Under the pieces are notes generated by a model that ran no database searches, was not told where the DNA came from, and saw nothing but the letters and a program-made list of their open reading frames with translations. Positions 35,444 through 46,500 of a stretch of DNA of 59,317 nt are shown one piece after another. The stretch comes from Rhodospirillales bacterium (GTDB lineage Bacteria > Pseudomonadota > Alphaproteobacteria > Reyranellales > Reyranellaceae). Positions within the stretch are counted from its first letter, which is position 1. The number at the start of each line of letters is the position of its first letter. A program made the position numbers and the translations under genes. The stretch covers positions 1-59,317 of the forward strand of contig PLYQ01000166.1 in NCBI GenBank assembly GCA_003153415.1, in the 5' to 3' direction.

Positions 35444-36580
35444 ATGAACGAGTGGCGTTTCGCGGCGGCAGCCATCCTGGCCGCCGGCGTGCTGGGGGCG
35501 TTGCCGGTACCGTCGGCGCTGGCCCAGCAACAGGGCGCGCCGCCGCCGGCCGTGCTGGTCCAGCCCGCCGTCCTCAAGCCGCTGTCGCCGCAACTCGAAT
35601 TCATCGGCCGGGTCGCGGCCGTCGACAAGGTCGAGCTGCGCGCCCGCGTCAAAGGCTTCCTCGGCGCCCGACAATTCACCGACGGCGATCCGGTCAAGAA
35701 AGACCAGCTGCTGTTCCTGATCGAACAGGGCCCGTACCAGGCAGCGGTCGACCAGAAGATCGCGCTGCGCGACGCGGGCAAGGCAGCACTGGCCAACGCC
35801 GATATCGCGCTCAAGCGCGCCGCCGATCTGCTGCGCACCAACACCGGCCCGCAGGCGACCTACGACCAGCGGCTCAGCGAACAGCTCCAGGCCAAGGCGA
35901 CGCTCGAGGACGCCGAGGCGCAGCTGCGCGAGGCGCAGATCCAGCTCTCCTACACCGAGGTCAAGTCGCCGATCACCGGTCGCATCGGCCGGGCGCTGGC
36001 GTCACCCGGCAACGTCGTCGGTTCCGACACCGGCGTGCTGGCCACGGTGGTGACCGAGGATCCGATGCGCGTGCTGTTCCAGATCACGCAGCGCGAGCTG
36101 ATGGAAGCCAAGCGCGACAGCCAGAAGGGCGGCAACGACGCCCTCGTGGTGCAGCTCAAGCTGGCCGACGGCAGCCTCTACAAGGAAAAGGGCAAACTCG
36201 ACTTCATCGACGTCACGGTCGACGCCAAGACCGACGGACAGACGGTGCGGGCCGTGTTCCCCAACAAGGACGAGACACTGACCGACGGCCAGACGGTGCG
36301 CGTCGTCATCGAACAGGAGAAGGTGCCGTCCGTGGTCGCCGTGCCGGAGTCGGCCATCGCGATCGACCAGAGCGGCCCCTACCTGTTCATAGTCAACGAC
36401 AAGAACGTGGCCGAACAGCGCCGGGTCACGACCGGCGTCAGTCGCGACGGCCTTACCGGCATCAAGTCGGGCCTCAAGGCAGGCGAGAAGGTCATCATCC
36501 AGGGCCAGCAGAAGGTGCGCGCCGGCATGACCGTGAACCCCTCTACGGCGCCGTCGACCACTGCCCCGCCGAAGGGCTGA
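35444..36580 (+). CDS. RND efflux periplasmic adaptor (membrane fusion protein)
   Basis: [45 protein letters not shown]. Confidence 0.92.
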   Translation: MNEWRFAAAAILAAGVLGALPVPSALAQQQGAPPPAVLVQPAVLKPLSPQLEFIGRVAAVDKVELRARVKGFLGARQFTDGDPVKKDQLLFLIEQGPYQAAVDQKIALRDAGKAALANADIALKRAADLLRTNTGPQATYDQRLSEQLQAKATLEDAEAQLREAQIQLSYTEVKSPITGRIGRALASPGNVVGSDTGVLATVVTEDPMRVLFQITQRELMEAKRDSQKGGNDALVVQLKLADGSLYKEKGKLDFIDVTVDAKTDGQTVRAVFPNKDETLTDGQTVRVVIEQEKVPSVVAVPESAIAIDQSGPYLFIVNDKNVAEQRRVTTGVSRDGLTGIKSGLKAGEKVIIQGQQKVRAGMTVNPSTAPSTTAPPKG

Positions 36581-36584
36581 CCGG

Positions 36585-39500
36585 ATGACCATTTCGTCGG
36601 TCTTCATCCGCCGTCCGCGGCTTGCCTTCGTCGTCTCGACCGTCATCTCGATCGCCGGCGTGATTGCGCTCACCGTGCTGCCGGTGGCGCAGTTCCCCGA
36701 TATCGTGCCACCCCAGGTCAAGGTCTCGGCGCTCTATCCCGGCGCCTCGGCCCAGGCCGTCGAGGAGAGCGTGGCCCAGGTCATCGAGGCCCAGGTCAAC
36801 GGCACCGAGCGCATGCTCTACATGAAGTCGACCTCGGGCGGCGACGGCACCTATAGTCTGACGGTGAGCTTCGAAGTCGGCTCCGACCCCGACCTCAACA
36901 CCGTGAACGTCAACAATCGCGTCAACCAGGCGACGGCGCTGCTGCCGCCGGAAGTGCAGCGCAACGGCGTCACGGTGAAGAAGCAGTCGTCGTCGCTCTT
37001 GCAGGTGATCGCCGTCTATTCGCCCAAGGGCAGCCGCGACGCGCTGTTCCTGTCGAACTTCGCCACCATCAACATGCTCGACATCCTGCGCCGCGTGCCG
37101 GGCGTCGGCGATGCCAGCCTGTTCGGCGGGCTCGACTATTCGATGCGGGTCTGGCTGAACCTCGACCGCATGGCCAGCCTCGACATCACGGCCAACGACG
37201 TAGTGGCCGCCGTCCAGGGCCAGAACGTCCAGGCCGCGGTCGGGCGGATCGGCGCGGCGCCGCTGGTCAACGAGGTCGAGTTCCAGCTCAACATCACCAC
37301 CCAGGGGCGCCTCACCACCGTCCCCGAGTTCGAGAACATCGTGGTGCGCGCCACCACCGACGGCGCGCTGGTCCGGGTCAAGGATATCGCCACGGTCGAG
37401 CTGGGAGCCAAGAGCAGCGATTCCGTGTCGCGCTACAACGGCCAGCCGGCGACCGGCATCGCCATCTACCAGTTGCCCGGCGCCAATGCGCTGGCGACCG
37501 CCAAGGGCGTGCGCGAGGCGCTGAAGGCCATGGAGCCGCGCTTCGCGTCGGATGTTTCCTATGACGTGATGTACGACACCACGGTGTTCGTGAAGGCCAC
37601 CATCGAAAGCGTCATCCACACGCTGATCGAGGCCTTCGTCCTGGTCGCCATCGTGGTCTTCATCTTCCTCGGCAACCTGCGCGCCACGATCATTCCCATC
37701 GTTGCCGTGCCGGTGGCGCTGGTCGGCACCTTTGCCGTGATGCTGGCGCTCGGGTTTTCGGCCAACACCGTCTCGCTCCTTGCCCTCGTGCTGGCCATCG
37801 GCATCGTGGTCGACGACGCCATCGTCGTGGTCGAAGCCGTCGAGCACATCCTCGAACACGAGCCGAACCTGACGCCCGCCGAGGCCACCGAAAAGGCCAT
37901 GGGCCAGGTGAGCGGCCCGATCATCGCCATCACCCTGGTGCTGCTGTCGGTGTTCGTGCCGACCGCCTTCATCCCCGGCATCACCGGCCAGCTCTACAAG
38001 CAGTTTGCCGTCGCCGTGTCGGTGTCGATGGTGATCTCCGCCATCAACGCGCTGTCGCTGTCGCCGGCGCTGTGTTCGCTAATCCTGCGCCACAGAAAGA
38101 AGCCGCGAGGCGTCATGGCTTGGCTGCAGGGTGGCATCGACAAGAGCCGCGACGGCTACGTCCGGCTGGTGACGCCGATCGCCCGGCGGAGCTTCCTCGC
38201 GCTGTTGCTGGTCGGCGCTTTCGTGCTCGGCACCGGTGGTATCGGCAGCCTGGTGCCGTCGGGCTTCCTGCCCGACGAGGACCAGGGCGCCTTCATGGCC
38301 GAGCTGCAGTTGCCCGACGCCGCCTCGACCAACCGCACGCTCGCGGCCCTCCAGCAGGTCGAGGGCGTGTTCACCGGCAAGCCGTGGCTGCAGAACCTGT
38401 TCACGGTGTCGGGCTACAGTCTGCTCGACGGTCTTGCGCTGCCCAACCGCGCCCTGGTCATCGCGGCGCTGAAGCCTTTCGACCAACGCAAAGGCCCCGG
38501 GATGTCGGTGTTTGCCGCCCTCGATGAAGTCAATTTGGCCGTCAGCCAGATTCCGGCGGCCAATGTCTTCGCCTTCAACCTGCCGCCGATCTCGGGCCTC
38601 GGCAACGCCTCGGGCTTCGAGCTTCAGATCGAAAGTCTCACCGGCGCGCGGCCAGCGGAACTGGCCGCGGTGACACGCGGCCTGATGTTGGCGGCACAGA
38701 CGGTGCCGCAGCTTGCCGGCGTGTTCACCACTTACGGCGCCTCTACGCCGCAGGTCTACCTCAACGTCGACCGCGAACGGGCACAGGCGCTGGGCATCAG
38801 CATCAGCGACATCTTCGCCGCCCTTCAGACGGCGATGGGCGGCACCTATGCCAACGACTTCAACCTGTTCGGCCGCACCTGGCAGGTCAAGGTCCAGGCC
38901 GAGGCGCAGGACCGCAAGACGGTGAACGACGTCTTCCGCGTCCGCCTGCGCACCGCCGGCGGCGATCTGGTGCCGCTGCAGGCAGTAGCCAATGTCGAGC
39001 TGGTAACCGCGCCGTCCTCGATCATCCGCTACAACAATCTGCGCTCGGTGACGCTGAACGGCGGCCCGGCGCCGGGCTACTCCTCGGGCGAGGCGATCGC
39101 GGCCATGGAGACGCTGGCCAAGGCGACCTTGCCCGACGGTTATGCCTACGAATGGACGGGTACGGCATTGCAGGAGAAGGCGGCGTCCGGCCAGACCGGC
39201 TTCATCCTCGGGTTGGCCATCGTGTTTGCTTACCTCTTCCTGGTCGGGCTCTACGAGAGCACCGCGATTCCGATCGCCGCACTCCTGTCGGTGGCGGTCG
39301 GCCTGTTCGGCGCCGTGACGGCGCTGTTCGTGAGCGGGCTCGACAACAACATCTACGCCCAGATCGGCATCGTGGTGCTGATTGCGCTGGCCGCCAAGAA
39401 CGCCATCCTGATCGTCGAGTTCGCCATGGAGGAGCGCGCGCACGGCCGAGACATCGTGACGGCGGCGACTACCGCCGCAAGCCTGCGCTTCCGCGCCGTG

Positions 39501-39737
39501 ATGATGACGTCGTTCGCCTTCATCTGCGGACTGATCCCGCTGGTGATCGCCTCGGGCGCCGGTGCAGCCACCCAGCGCGCCGTCGGCACCGCGGTGTTCG
39601 GCGGCATGATCGCAGCCTCGTTCCTCGGCATCTTCGTGATCCCGGGCCTCTATGTGGCCTTCCAGACCCTGCGCGAAAAGATCAAGGGCGCGCCCAAGAC
39701 CATCGAACCAAAGCCGGCCGAACCGGCAGCGCACTGA
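36585..39737 (+). CDS. RND efflux permease (AcrB/HAE1 family)
   Basis: 1050 aa; [41 protein letters not shown]. No outer-membrane factor gene adjacent. Confidence 0.95.
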   Translation: MTISSVFIRRPRLAFVVSTVISIAGVIALTVLPVAQFPDIVPPQVKVSALYPGASAQAVEESVAQVIEAQVNGTERMLYMKSTSGGDGTYSLTVSFEVGSDPDLNTVNVNNRVNQATALLPPEVQRNGVTVKKQSSSLLQVIAVYSPKGSRDALFLSNFATINMLDILRRVPGVGDASLFGGLDYSMRVWLNLDRMASLDITANDVVAAVQGQNVQAAVGRIGAAPLVNEVEFQLNITTQGRLTTVPEFENIVVRATTDGALVRVKDIATVELGAKSSDSVSRYNGQPATGIAIYQLPGANALATAKGVREALKAMEPRFASDVSYDVMYDTTVFVKATIESVIHTLIEAFVLVAIVVFIFLGNLRATIIPIVAVPVALVGTFAVMLALGFSANTVSLLALVLAIGIVVDDAIVVVEAVEHILEHEPNLTPAEATEKAMGQVSGPIIAITLVLLSVFVPTAFIPGITGQLYKQFAVAVSVSMVISAINALSLSPALCSLILRHRKKPRGVMAWLQGGIDKSRDGYVRLVTPIARRSFLALLLVGAFVLGTGGIGSLVPSGFLPDEDQGAFMAELQLPDAASTNRTLAALQQVEGVFTGKPWLQNLFTVSGYSLLDGLALPNRALVIAALKPFDQRKGPGMSVFAALDEVNLAVSQIPAANVFAFNLPPISGLGNASGFELQIESLTGARPAELAAVTRGLMLAAQTVPQLAGVFTTYGASTPQVYLNVDRERAQALGISISDIFAALQTAMGGTYANDFNLFGRTWQVKVQAEAQDRKTVNDVFRVRLRTAGGDLVPLQAVANVELVTAPSSIIRYNNLRSVTLNGGPAPGYSSGEAIAAMETLAKATLPDGYAYEWTGTALQEKAASGQTGFILGLAIVFAYLFLVGLYESTAIPIAALLSVAVGLFGAVTALFVSGLDNNIYAQIGIVVLIALAAKNAILIVEFAMEERAHGRDIVTAATTAASLRFRAVMMTSFAFICGLIPLVIASGAGAATQRAVGTAVFGGMIAASFLGIFVIPGLYVAFQTLREKIKGAPKTIEPKPAEPAAH

Positions 39738-39746
39738 CCTTCGCGA

Positions 39747-40349
39747 TCACTCCCCGTCGGGCGTCTTCTGACGGGGATGAATGACATCCTTGAAGTCGTC
39801 GAAGCCTTTCCAGGCAGGCTCCGGCGGCTGGTAGCCCGGCCGCGGTGCGTATTTCGAGGGCTCGCCGGTGCCCGGCGTCACGATGTAGCGCGGGCAGTTG
39901 GGGAAGATTGCTCGGACTTTCACCCTCACCAGCAACTGCGCGCCGGCAAAGCGCTGCATCAACGGATCGGCGCCGCTCACGCTCGCCTCACCGTTGACGC
40001 GCAGGCGACGCGGCTTGTCGCCCATGTCGATGAACAGCAGACCGATGGCGGGATTGACCGCGATGTTGCCCAGACTCTTGAACATGCCGTTGCCGTCGTA
40101 ATCGGGAAACGCCAGCTCGTCCGCCCCGACGATCCTGACGAAGCCCGGCTTGCCGCCCTTGAAGGAGCAGTCCGGCTGGCCGCGATCGTCGGCAGTGGCG
40201 AGAAAGAAGAACATCGCGCCTTCGATGAAAGCACGATCGCCGCCGGTGAAGGCAAAGCGCGTCAGCCTCTCCTCCAGCCGGTCGGCGATGCGGCGGCCGT
40301 CGAACCGGTCCTGCAGGCGGCGATTGCCGTCGTGGAACATCACGCTCAT
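39747..40349 (-). CDS. Pyridoxamine 5'-phosphate oxidase-like flavin-binding protein
   Basis: FFLATAD..GQPDCSFKGG.PGFV, FPDYDGNGMF.SLGNI, FPNCPRYI. Confidence 0.85.
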   Translation of the reverse strand: MSVMFHDGNRRLQDRFDGRRIADRLEERLTRFAFTGGDRAFIEGAMFFFLATADDRGQPDCSFKGGKPGFVRIVGADELAFPDYDGNGMFKSLGNIAVNPAIGLLFIDMGDKPRRLRVNGEASVSGADPLMQRFAGAQLLVRVKVRAIFPNCPRYIVTPGTGEPSKYAPRPGYQPPEPAWKGFDDFKDVIHPRQKTPDGE

Positions 40350-40357
40350 GCGCCCTC

Positions 40358-40915
40358 CTATGCCCGATCGGTGCCCGCCTCGAGCCGGGCGCGCAGGGCT
40401 GCGTCGTGCAGAGTCGTGTCCTGGCCGGGCGGCGCGATGCGCACGGCGTCTTCCAGGCTCGCGGTCTGCCGCCATTCCTCGGGCGGGCGGGCGCGGCCGT
40501 CCGAGCCGATCTGGTCGACCGACCAATAGAGTTCGAGATGATGACCGTCGGGATCGAGGAACTCGACCGCGACCTGGCAGCCGGCGCGACGACGGCCCTC
40601 GAAGGTGAGCTTGGCGCCGTGCTGCTTCAGGTGATCGCGGGCGCGGAACACCTCGTCGAGCGTGGCGAGTTCGAAGGCGATATGGTGCAGGCCCTTGTCC
40701 GGTGGCGCATCGGCCGGGCGGTCGCCGACCAGGGCGAGGCAATGGTGATCGCCGTTGCAGCGCAGGAACACCATGCCGCCCGGCATCATCGAGCCGGGAT
40801 AGACGTCGGATATCTTGAAGCCCAGCACCTCGGTGTAGAAACGCTTCGAGCGCTCGATATCGGAGACAAAGACGACGGCGTGGCCGATTTTGCGGACGGC
40901 GAAGGGCGTAGTCAT
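40358..40915 (-). CDS. VOC-family (glyoxalase/extradiol dioxygenase-like) protein
   Basis: KIGHAV..VSD.ERS..FY..VLG, DHHCLAL, LHHIAFE, FLDPDGHHLEL. Confidence 0.85.
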   Translation of the reverse strand: MTTPFAVRKIGHAVVFVSDIERSKRFYTEVLGFKISDVYPGSMMPGGMVFLRCNGDHHCLALVGDRPADAPPDKGLHHIAFELATLDEVFRARDHLKQHGAKLTFEGRRRAGCQVAVEFLDPDGHHLELYWSVDQIGSDGRARPPEEWRQTASLEDAVRIAPPGQDTTLHDAALRARLEAGTDRA

Positions 40916-40931
40916 GGCAACAATCTCCAGA

Positions 40932-41531
40932 TCACAATTTTCCATTCCGGGACCAGCTTAGGGCGTCGGCCAGCCGGTCGTCGCCCCAGAAAAGCTCACC
41001 ACGCACCGCGAAGGTCGGCGAGCCGAAGATGCCGAGCTTGCGCGCTTCGTCGGTCGCGGCCTCATAGAGCTCGACCACATCGTCGCCGCCTGCCCGCTCG
41101 ACCGAGCGTGCCGTCTCTTGGCCAACCACGGCGAGACTGGCCGACAGGTTGGCCATCCCCGGCTCCTGGCCGTCAACGAACCAACGGCGGTAGCTCGCCA
41201 TGATGTAGGCCTTGCCCCAGCCTTCGGCGAGACCCAGCACCGCCAGACGGCTGGCGAGGTCGATCTCCTTCAGCGGATAGGGCGCCGGCAGCTTGGCCGC
41301 GAGGCCGTACATCGCCGCGCGGCGCTCGATATCGCGCCACATGTAGGTCGTCTTCACCGGTTTGCCGACAAAGGGCGCGTTGTTCTGCTCGCGCATGATG
41401 GTGCGCACGCTGAACGGCCGCCAGTTGAAGCGCACGTCTTCGGCGGCGGCGACCTTCTCCAGCCGCGATGCAGTGAGATAGGTGTAGGTGCTGCCGGTCG
41501 AGAACCAGAAGTCGATCATATCGCCTGCCAT
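40932..41531 (-). CDS. 2-hydroxychromene-2-carboxylate isomerase-like (DsbA/GST-kappa family)
   Basis: IDFWFSTGSTYTYL, YMWRDIERRA, GIFGSPTF.V.GELFWGDDRL. Confidence 0.85.
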   Translation of the reverse strand: MAGDMIDFWFSTGSTYTYLTASRLEKVAAAEDVRFNWRPFSVRTIMREQNNAPFVGKPVKTTYMWRDIERRAAMYGLAAKLPAPYPLKEIDLASRLAVLGLAEGWGKAYIMASYRRWFVDGQEPGMANLSASLAVVGQETARSVERAGGDDVVELYEAATDEARKLGIFGSPTFAVRGELFWGDDRLADALSWSRNGKL

Positions 41532-41572
41532 GGGCTATCATGGACCCAAGCGAACACTCGGGGGAAGAACAC

Positions 41573-42859
41573 ATGGCGAAATCGCCCAATCGACTGACCG
41601 CCAGCACCGCCGTCCTGCGCATGGCCGACAAGCGGCTGAAAGCGCGCGACCTCGTCGAGGCCTGTCTCGACCGCATCGAAGCGCGCGAAGGCCAGGTCCA
41701 TGCCTGGGAAGCGCTCGATCCCGAAGGCGCCCGCAAGCGCGCCGACATCCTCGATCGACGGGCCCGGCCGGTCGGGCCGTTGCACGGCATACCGCTCGCG
41801 GTAAAGGACATCATCTCGACCAAGACCCTGCCCACGACCTGCGGCTCGCCGATCTACCGCGACCATGTCGTCGGCAAGGACGCGGCCTGCATCACGCAGC
41901 TCGTGAAAGCTGGCGCCATCGTGCTCGGCAAGTCGGTGACCACGGAATTCGCCGGCGGCCATGCCGGCAAGACGCACAATCCGCACAATCTCCGCCACAC
42001 GCCGGCCGGCTCCTCGTCGGGCTCGGCGGCGGCGGTCGCCGATTTCATGGCACCCATAGGCTACGGCACCCAGACGGCGGGCTCGGTGATCCGGCCCGGC
42101 GCCTTCAACGGCGTGGTGGCCTACAAGGGCAGCTTCGGCTGGGCCGACATGACCGGCATCAAGCCCTATGCGCCGAGCCTCGACACGCTGGGCTTCTTCG
42201 CCCGCGAAGCCAACGACCTCGCCTTGATCCGTGCCGCCTACGGCCATGCGCCGGCCGATCCGCCCCCCAATTCCCGGGGCGGCGCGCCGCGCATCGGGCT
42301 TTGCCGTACGCTATGGTGGGACAAAGTCGAGCCCTCCAACGCCCGCAACATCGAAATCGCCGCCCGCACCTTGCGTGCCACCGGAGCGCGGGTGCGCGCC
42401 TGGGAGATGCCGGAGAGCTGGGAGGCGCTCCTGCCGGCGCAGAACCGGCTGATGACCGGCGAAGCAGCCAAGGCCTACGCCTGGGAACGCAAACGCTTTC
42501 CCCATCTCTTGTCGCCCAACCTGTCGATGGCCCTGGCCAGCGGCGACAGCGTGACCCGCCGCCAGTTCGCCGATGTCAGGCGACGCAAGCGTCGCGCGTT
42601 GGGCGACCTGCACGACGTCTGGCAGAAATTCGATTTTCTGCTCGCGCCATCGGCCAAAGGCGAAGCGCCGTCGGGGCTGGGATACACCGGCGATCCGCTG
42701 TTCAATCGCTTCTGGACCCTGCTCGGCGTACCCTGCGTGGCGCTGCCCTTCAACTCGGGGCCATTCGGCCTGCCGCTCTCGGTCCAGCTCGTCGGGCCGC
42801 TGCGCGGCGACGACCAGCTGATCGCCTGGGCACGCTGGGTCGAGCAGCGACTCTCGTGA
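41573..42859 (+). CDS. Amidase-signature family enzyme
   Basis: GPLHGIPLAVKD, TPAGSSSGSAAAVA, GTQTAGSVIRP. Confidence 0.9.
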   Translation: MAKSPNRLTASTAVLRMADKRLKARDLVEACLDRIEAREGQVHAWEALDPEGARKRADILDRRARPVGPLHGIPLAVKDIISTKTLPTTCGSPIYRDHVVGKDAACITQLVKAGAIVLGKSVTTEFAGGHAGKTHNPHNLRHTPAGSSSGSAAAVADFMAPIGYGTQTAGSVIRPGAFNGVVAYKGSFGWADMTGIKPYAPSLDTLGFFAREANDLALIRAAYGHAPADPPPNSRGGAPRIGLCRTLWWDKVEPSNARNIEIAARTLRATGARVRAWEMPESWEALLPAQNRLMTGEAAKAYAWERKRFPHLLSPNLSMALASGDSVTRRQFADVRRRKRRALGDLHDVWQKFDFLLAPSAKGEAPSGLGYTGDPLFNRFWTLLGVPCVALPFNSGPFGLPLSVQLVGPLRGDDQLIAWARWVEQRLS

Positions 42860-43626
42860 AGCTAGGCCTAATCGGCTACGGCGCCATCGGCAAGCATGTC
42901 GAGGCAGCGAGCCTCGACAACATCGAACTGGTGTCCGTGCTGGTGAAGCGGCCGCGCAAGGAAGGCCTTCTCACTCACGAGCCCGACCGCTTCTTCGCTC
43001 ACACATTCGACGCCGTGGCCGAGTGCGCCGGCCACGAGGCCGTGCGCGCCCATGGCCAGCGCGTGCTGGAAGGCGGCGCGGATTTTCTCGTGACCTCGGT
43101 CGGCGCCTTCACCGACACCGCCCTATTCGATCGCCTGCTCGCCGCCGCCAAAGCGAGCGGCAAACGCCTGATCCTGCCGTCGGCCGGCATCGGTGCGCTC
43201 GACATATTGAGCAGCGCCGCCGTGGGCGGGCTCGACAGCGTCACCGTGACGGTGCGCAAGGATCCCTCGGCGTGGAAGGGCACAATCGCCGAGACTCTGG
43301 TCGATCTCGATTCCTTGACGGAGCCCAAGGTCGTGTTCGATGGCCCGGTGCGCGAGGGCGCCCGGCTCTATCCACAGAATGTCAATATCTCGGCCGCCGC
43401 CGCGATCGCCGGCCTCGGCCTCGACAAAACGCGCGTCGTGATCGTGGCCGATCCGACCATCACCACGCACATCGTCGAGCTGGAGGCCACCGGCGCCTTC
43501 GGCCATTTCACCTTCAGGGAAGACGTTGCCGTCAGCGAGGAGAACCGCAAGACCGGCAAGCTCGTGGCGATGGCCATGGTGAAATCCGTCCGCCAACTCG
43601 CCTCCCCACTAATAGTGGCGGCCTAG
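42856..43626 (+). CDS. nadX: L-aspartate dehydrogenase-like protein
   Basis: GYGAIG, ECAGHEAV, SVGAF, FDGPVREGARLYPQNVNISA, ADP..TTH, ENRKTG. GTGA overlap with the amidase. Confidence 0.75.
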   Translation: MKLGLIGYGAIGKHVEAASLDNIELVSVLVKRPRKEGLLTHEPDRFFAHTFDAVAECAGHEAVRAHGQRVLEGGADFLVTSVGAFTDTALFDRLLAAAKASGKRLILPSAGIGALDILSSAAVGGLDSVTVTVRKDPSAWKGTIAETLVDLDSLTEPKVVFDGPVREGARLYPQNVNISAAAAIAGLGLDKTRVVIVADPTITTHIVELEATGAFGHFTFREDVAVSEENRKTGKLVAMAMVKSVRQLASPLIVAA

Positions 43627-43687
43627 GCGGCTACCGTTAAACAAACGGTAAAAAACGGGGCCTGTCCGCGGGCATACTAGATATAGC

Positions 43688-43720
43688 GCGACAATCGCAT
43701 CTATATTATGCGATTGTCGC
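43688..43720. repeat. Perfect 13-bp inverted repeat between convergent genes
   Basis: GCGACAATCGCAT-CTATATT-ATGCGATTGTCGC. Confidence 0.85.
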
Positions 43721-43747
43721 ATCTAAATGTCAAGCGGAAGGATGCCG

Positions 43748-45802
43748 TTATCGAACCGAGATCAGCAGATTGCCAAGCTTATCCTGCCGCACCTTGTCGC
43801 CGGGCTCGACCACGGTCGTGCAGTCGAGTTGCTCGAGGATCGCCGGCCCCTCGAAGGTGGCGTCGAGCGGCAGGCGGTCGCGGGCGTAGATCGGCGTCTG
43901 ATGCCAGCCGTCGGCGAACCACACGCGACGTTCGCCTGATTGCGCCGCCTTGAGCGTCGGTGCGCGCTCCGTCGCGGCCAGCGCGCCGAGATCGATCTCC
44001 GGCCGTACGCCGATCACCGCGGTGTGGAGGTTGACCAGCACCGGCGGGATTTCGGCCAGCTCGATGCCGAAGCGGCGGTCGTAGGCCACGGCAAAGGCCT
44101 TGCGCAGCCCCTCGACGCCGATGTCCGGCCGGTCGACCCCGAACGACAGGATGTGGCTCTGGCCCTGGAACTGCATGTCGGCGGTATGGACGCGGCGCAG
44201 CTCGCGCACCGGCACGCCCTCGCGCTTGATGGTCGCCTCGCCTTCCGCCGACTGCTCGGCGTAGATCCGCGCCACGGTGGCATCGTCGAGCGCCGAGAGC
44301 GGCTTGTTCACGGTGCGCACATAGTCATGCCGCACGTCGGCCACGACACAGCCCAGCGCGTTGGTGATACCGGGCCTGGCCGGCACCAGCACGGTCGGGA
44401 TCCCAAGCTCGCGGGCCAGCGCCGTGGCATGCAGCGGACCCGCGCCGCCGAAGGCGAACAGCGCGAAGTCGCGGGGATCGTGGCCGCGTGACAGCGACAC
44501 CAGCCGCATGGCGCCGGCCATACGGTCGTTGGCGATGCGCAGGATGGCGGCCGCCGCCGCATCGGCATCGAGGCCGAGCGGCTTGCCGACCTTCTGTTCG
44601 ATCAGGCCACGCACATGGTCGAGCGTCACCGGACGGTCGACGCCCAGCAGCTTGTCGGGATTGAGCCGGCCCAGGATCAGGTTGGCGTCGGTGATGGTGG
44701 GCTCCGTCCCGCCACGGCCATAGCAGATCGGACCGGGCCGGGCGCCGGCGCTCTCCGGACCGACCCGCAGCATGCCCGCCGAATCGACGGAAGCAATCGA
44801 GCCGCCGCCGGCGCCGATCGTGTGCACGTCGACCATCGGCACATGGATCGGCATGGCGTATTCGAGCTCGAGCTCGCCCGAGACCTGCGGCACGGCGTTC
44901 TCGATCAGCCCGACATCGGTCGAGGTGCCGCCCATGTCGTAGGTAATGAGGTTGGGATGGCCCGAGGCGCGGCCGGTATAGGCCGCCGCCATCACGCCCG
45001 ACGCCGGGCCCGACATCACGGTATTGACGGCCGCCTCGGCGATCAGGGCCGAGGAGATGGTGCCGCCGTTGCCCTGCATCACCAGGATGTCGCGATGAAA
45101 TCCCTTGGCCGACAGTTCCGTGCGCAGCCGTTCGAGATAGCGCGCCAGCACGGGCTGCACCGAGGCATTCACTGCCGCCGTCACGCCGCGCTCGAACTCG
45201 CGATACTCCGACAGGATGGCGTGGCCTGCCGTCACGTAGGGGTTGGGCCACAGCGCGCGCACGATTTCGGCGGCGCGCTTTTCGTGGCTCGAATTGATGT
45301 AGCTGTGCAGGAAATGGATCACGACGGCCTCGCAGCCCGCCGCCAGCAGTTTCTTTGCCGCGATGGCCACCGCCGCCTCGTCGAGCGGCGTCAGCACCTT
45401 GCCGTCGGCATCCATGCGCTCGGCCACTTCGAGGCGATACTCACGCTCGATCAGCGGATGGAACGTGCCGCGCAGGCCATAGGATTGCGGTCGCGTGCGC
45501 CGGCCGAGTTCCAGCACGTCGCGAAAGCCCTTGGTGGTGATCAGGCCGACCTTGGCGATCTTGCGTTCGAGCAGCGCGTTGGTCGTGGTCGTCGTGCCAT
45601 GGACCACGGCCTGCAATGTCGCGGGATCGACGCCTGCCGCGCTCAGCGCCGCCATGAAGCCGATCGCCTGGTTGTCGATGGTAGTCGGCACCTTGGCGAG
45701 CTTCACGGCACCTGACGCCGAATCGATGGCCAGAAGATCGGTGAAGGTGCCGCCGACATCGATGCCGACGGTGACGGAACTCTTTTGCGACGACATGTTC
45801 AT
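43748..45802 (-). CDS. Hydantoinase A/5-oxoprolinase ATP-binding subunit
   Basis: GIDVGGTFTD, HGTT.TTNALLE, MSGPASG, DMGGTSTD, IGAGGGS, GPESAGA.PGP.CY, FGGAGPLH. Confidence 0.92.
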   Translation of the reverse strand: MNMSSQKSSVTVGIDVGGTFTDLLAIDSASGAVKLAKVPTTIDNQAIGFMAALSAAGVDPATLQAVVHGTTTTTNALLERKIAKVGLITTKGFRDVLELGRRTRPQSYGLRGTFHPLIEREYRLEVAERMDADGKVLTPLDEAAVAIAAKKLLAAGCEAVVIHFLHSYINSSHEKRAAEIVRALWPNPYVTAGHAILSEYREFERGVTAAVNASVQPVLARYLERLRTELSAKGFHRDILVMQGNGGTISSALIAEAAVNTVMSGPASGVMAAAYTGRASGHPNLITYDMGGTSTDVGLIENAVPQVSGELELEYAMPIHVPMVDVHTIGAGGGSIASVDSAGMLRVGPESAGARPGPICYGRGGTEPTITDANLILGRLNPDKLLGVDRPVTLDHVRGLIEQKVGKPLGLDADAAAAAILRIANDRMAGAMRLVSLSRGHDPRDFALFAFGGAGPLHATALARELGIPTVLVPARPGITNALGCVVADVRHDYVRTVNKPLSALDDATVARIYAEQSAEGEATIKREGVPVRELRRVHTADMQFQGQSHILSFGVDRPDIGVEGLRKAFAVAYDRRFGIELAEIPPVLVNLHTAVIGVRPEIDLGALAATERAPTLKAAQSGERRVWFADGWHQTPIYARDRLPLDATFEGPAILEQLDCTTVVEPGDKVRQDKLGNLLISVR

Positions 45803-46500
45803 ACCGAAAGATACTGTTCACGAAGGGAGGCGTCGGCAGCGAGCTCGGCCATCGACCCGCCGAAGCGGATCTGGCCCTTCTCGATGATATAGGCGCGGTC
45901 GGCGACGGCCCGCGAGAAATGCAGGTTCTGTTCGCTCAGCAGTACCGAGAGCCCTTCGGCCTTCAGCGCGCGGATCGAATGCGCCATCTGCTCGACGACC
46001 ACCGGCGCCAGACCTTCCGACGGCTCGTCGAGCAGCACACAGCTCGGATTGCCCATCAGGGTACGGGCGATGGTCAGCATCTGTTGCTCGCCGCCCGACA
46101 TCAGCCCGCCCGGACGTTCGCGCAGGCGCGCAAGATTGGGGAACAACGCAAAGAGCCTGGTCTCCGTCCAGGCCGGCACACCCGGCCGCGGCATCTGACG
46201 GCCGACCTCGAGATTCTCCAGCACCGTGAGCTCGGTGAAGATGCGCCGCTCTTCCGGCACATAGCCCAGACCCAGGCGGGCAATGCGATAGGGCGCCAGC
46301 CGCTCGATGCGCCGGCCGGCGAAACTCACCTCGCCTTCAGCCGGCGGCAGCAGGCCCATGATCGCCTTCATCGCCGTCGACTTGCCGGCGCCGTTGCGCC
46401 CAAGCAGCGCCACGACCTCGCCCGCTTTGGCCTCGAGCGACACGCCCTGCAGGATATGGGCGCGGCCATAATAGGCATGCAGGTTCTTCACCGAAAGCAT
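45799..46500 (-). CDS. ABC transporter ATP-binding protein (LivF-like)
   Basis: GRNGAGKS, MSGGEQQM, LLDEPSEGLAP. Confidence 0.92.
   Translation of the reverse strand: MLSVKNLHAYYGRAHILQGVSLEAKAGEVVALLGRNGAGKSTAMKAIMGLLPPAEGEVSFAGRRIERLAPYRIARLGLGYVPEERRIFTELTVLENLEVGRQMPRPGVPAWTETRLFALFPNLARLRERPGGLMSGGEQQMLTIARTLMGNPSCVLLDEPSEGLAPVVVEQMAHSIRALKAEGLSVLLSEQNLHFSRAVADRAYIIEKGQIRFGGSMAELAADASLREQYLSV

Noticed and set aside
34006-36588. 860-aa + strand ORF and similar long Arg/Gly-rich ORFs (315-1676, 12296-13627, 38079-39734)
   Set aside because: These are shadow frames of real high-GC genes with no recognisable motifs.
41488-43626. 712-aa amidase-NadX fusion or programmed frameshift
   Set aside because: The amidase is in another frame and ends at a GTGA overlap; nadX begins at GTG 42856.
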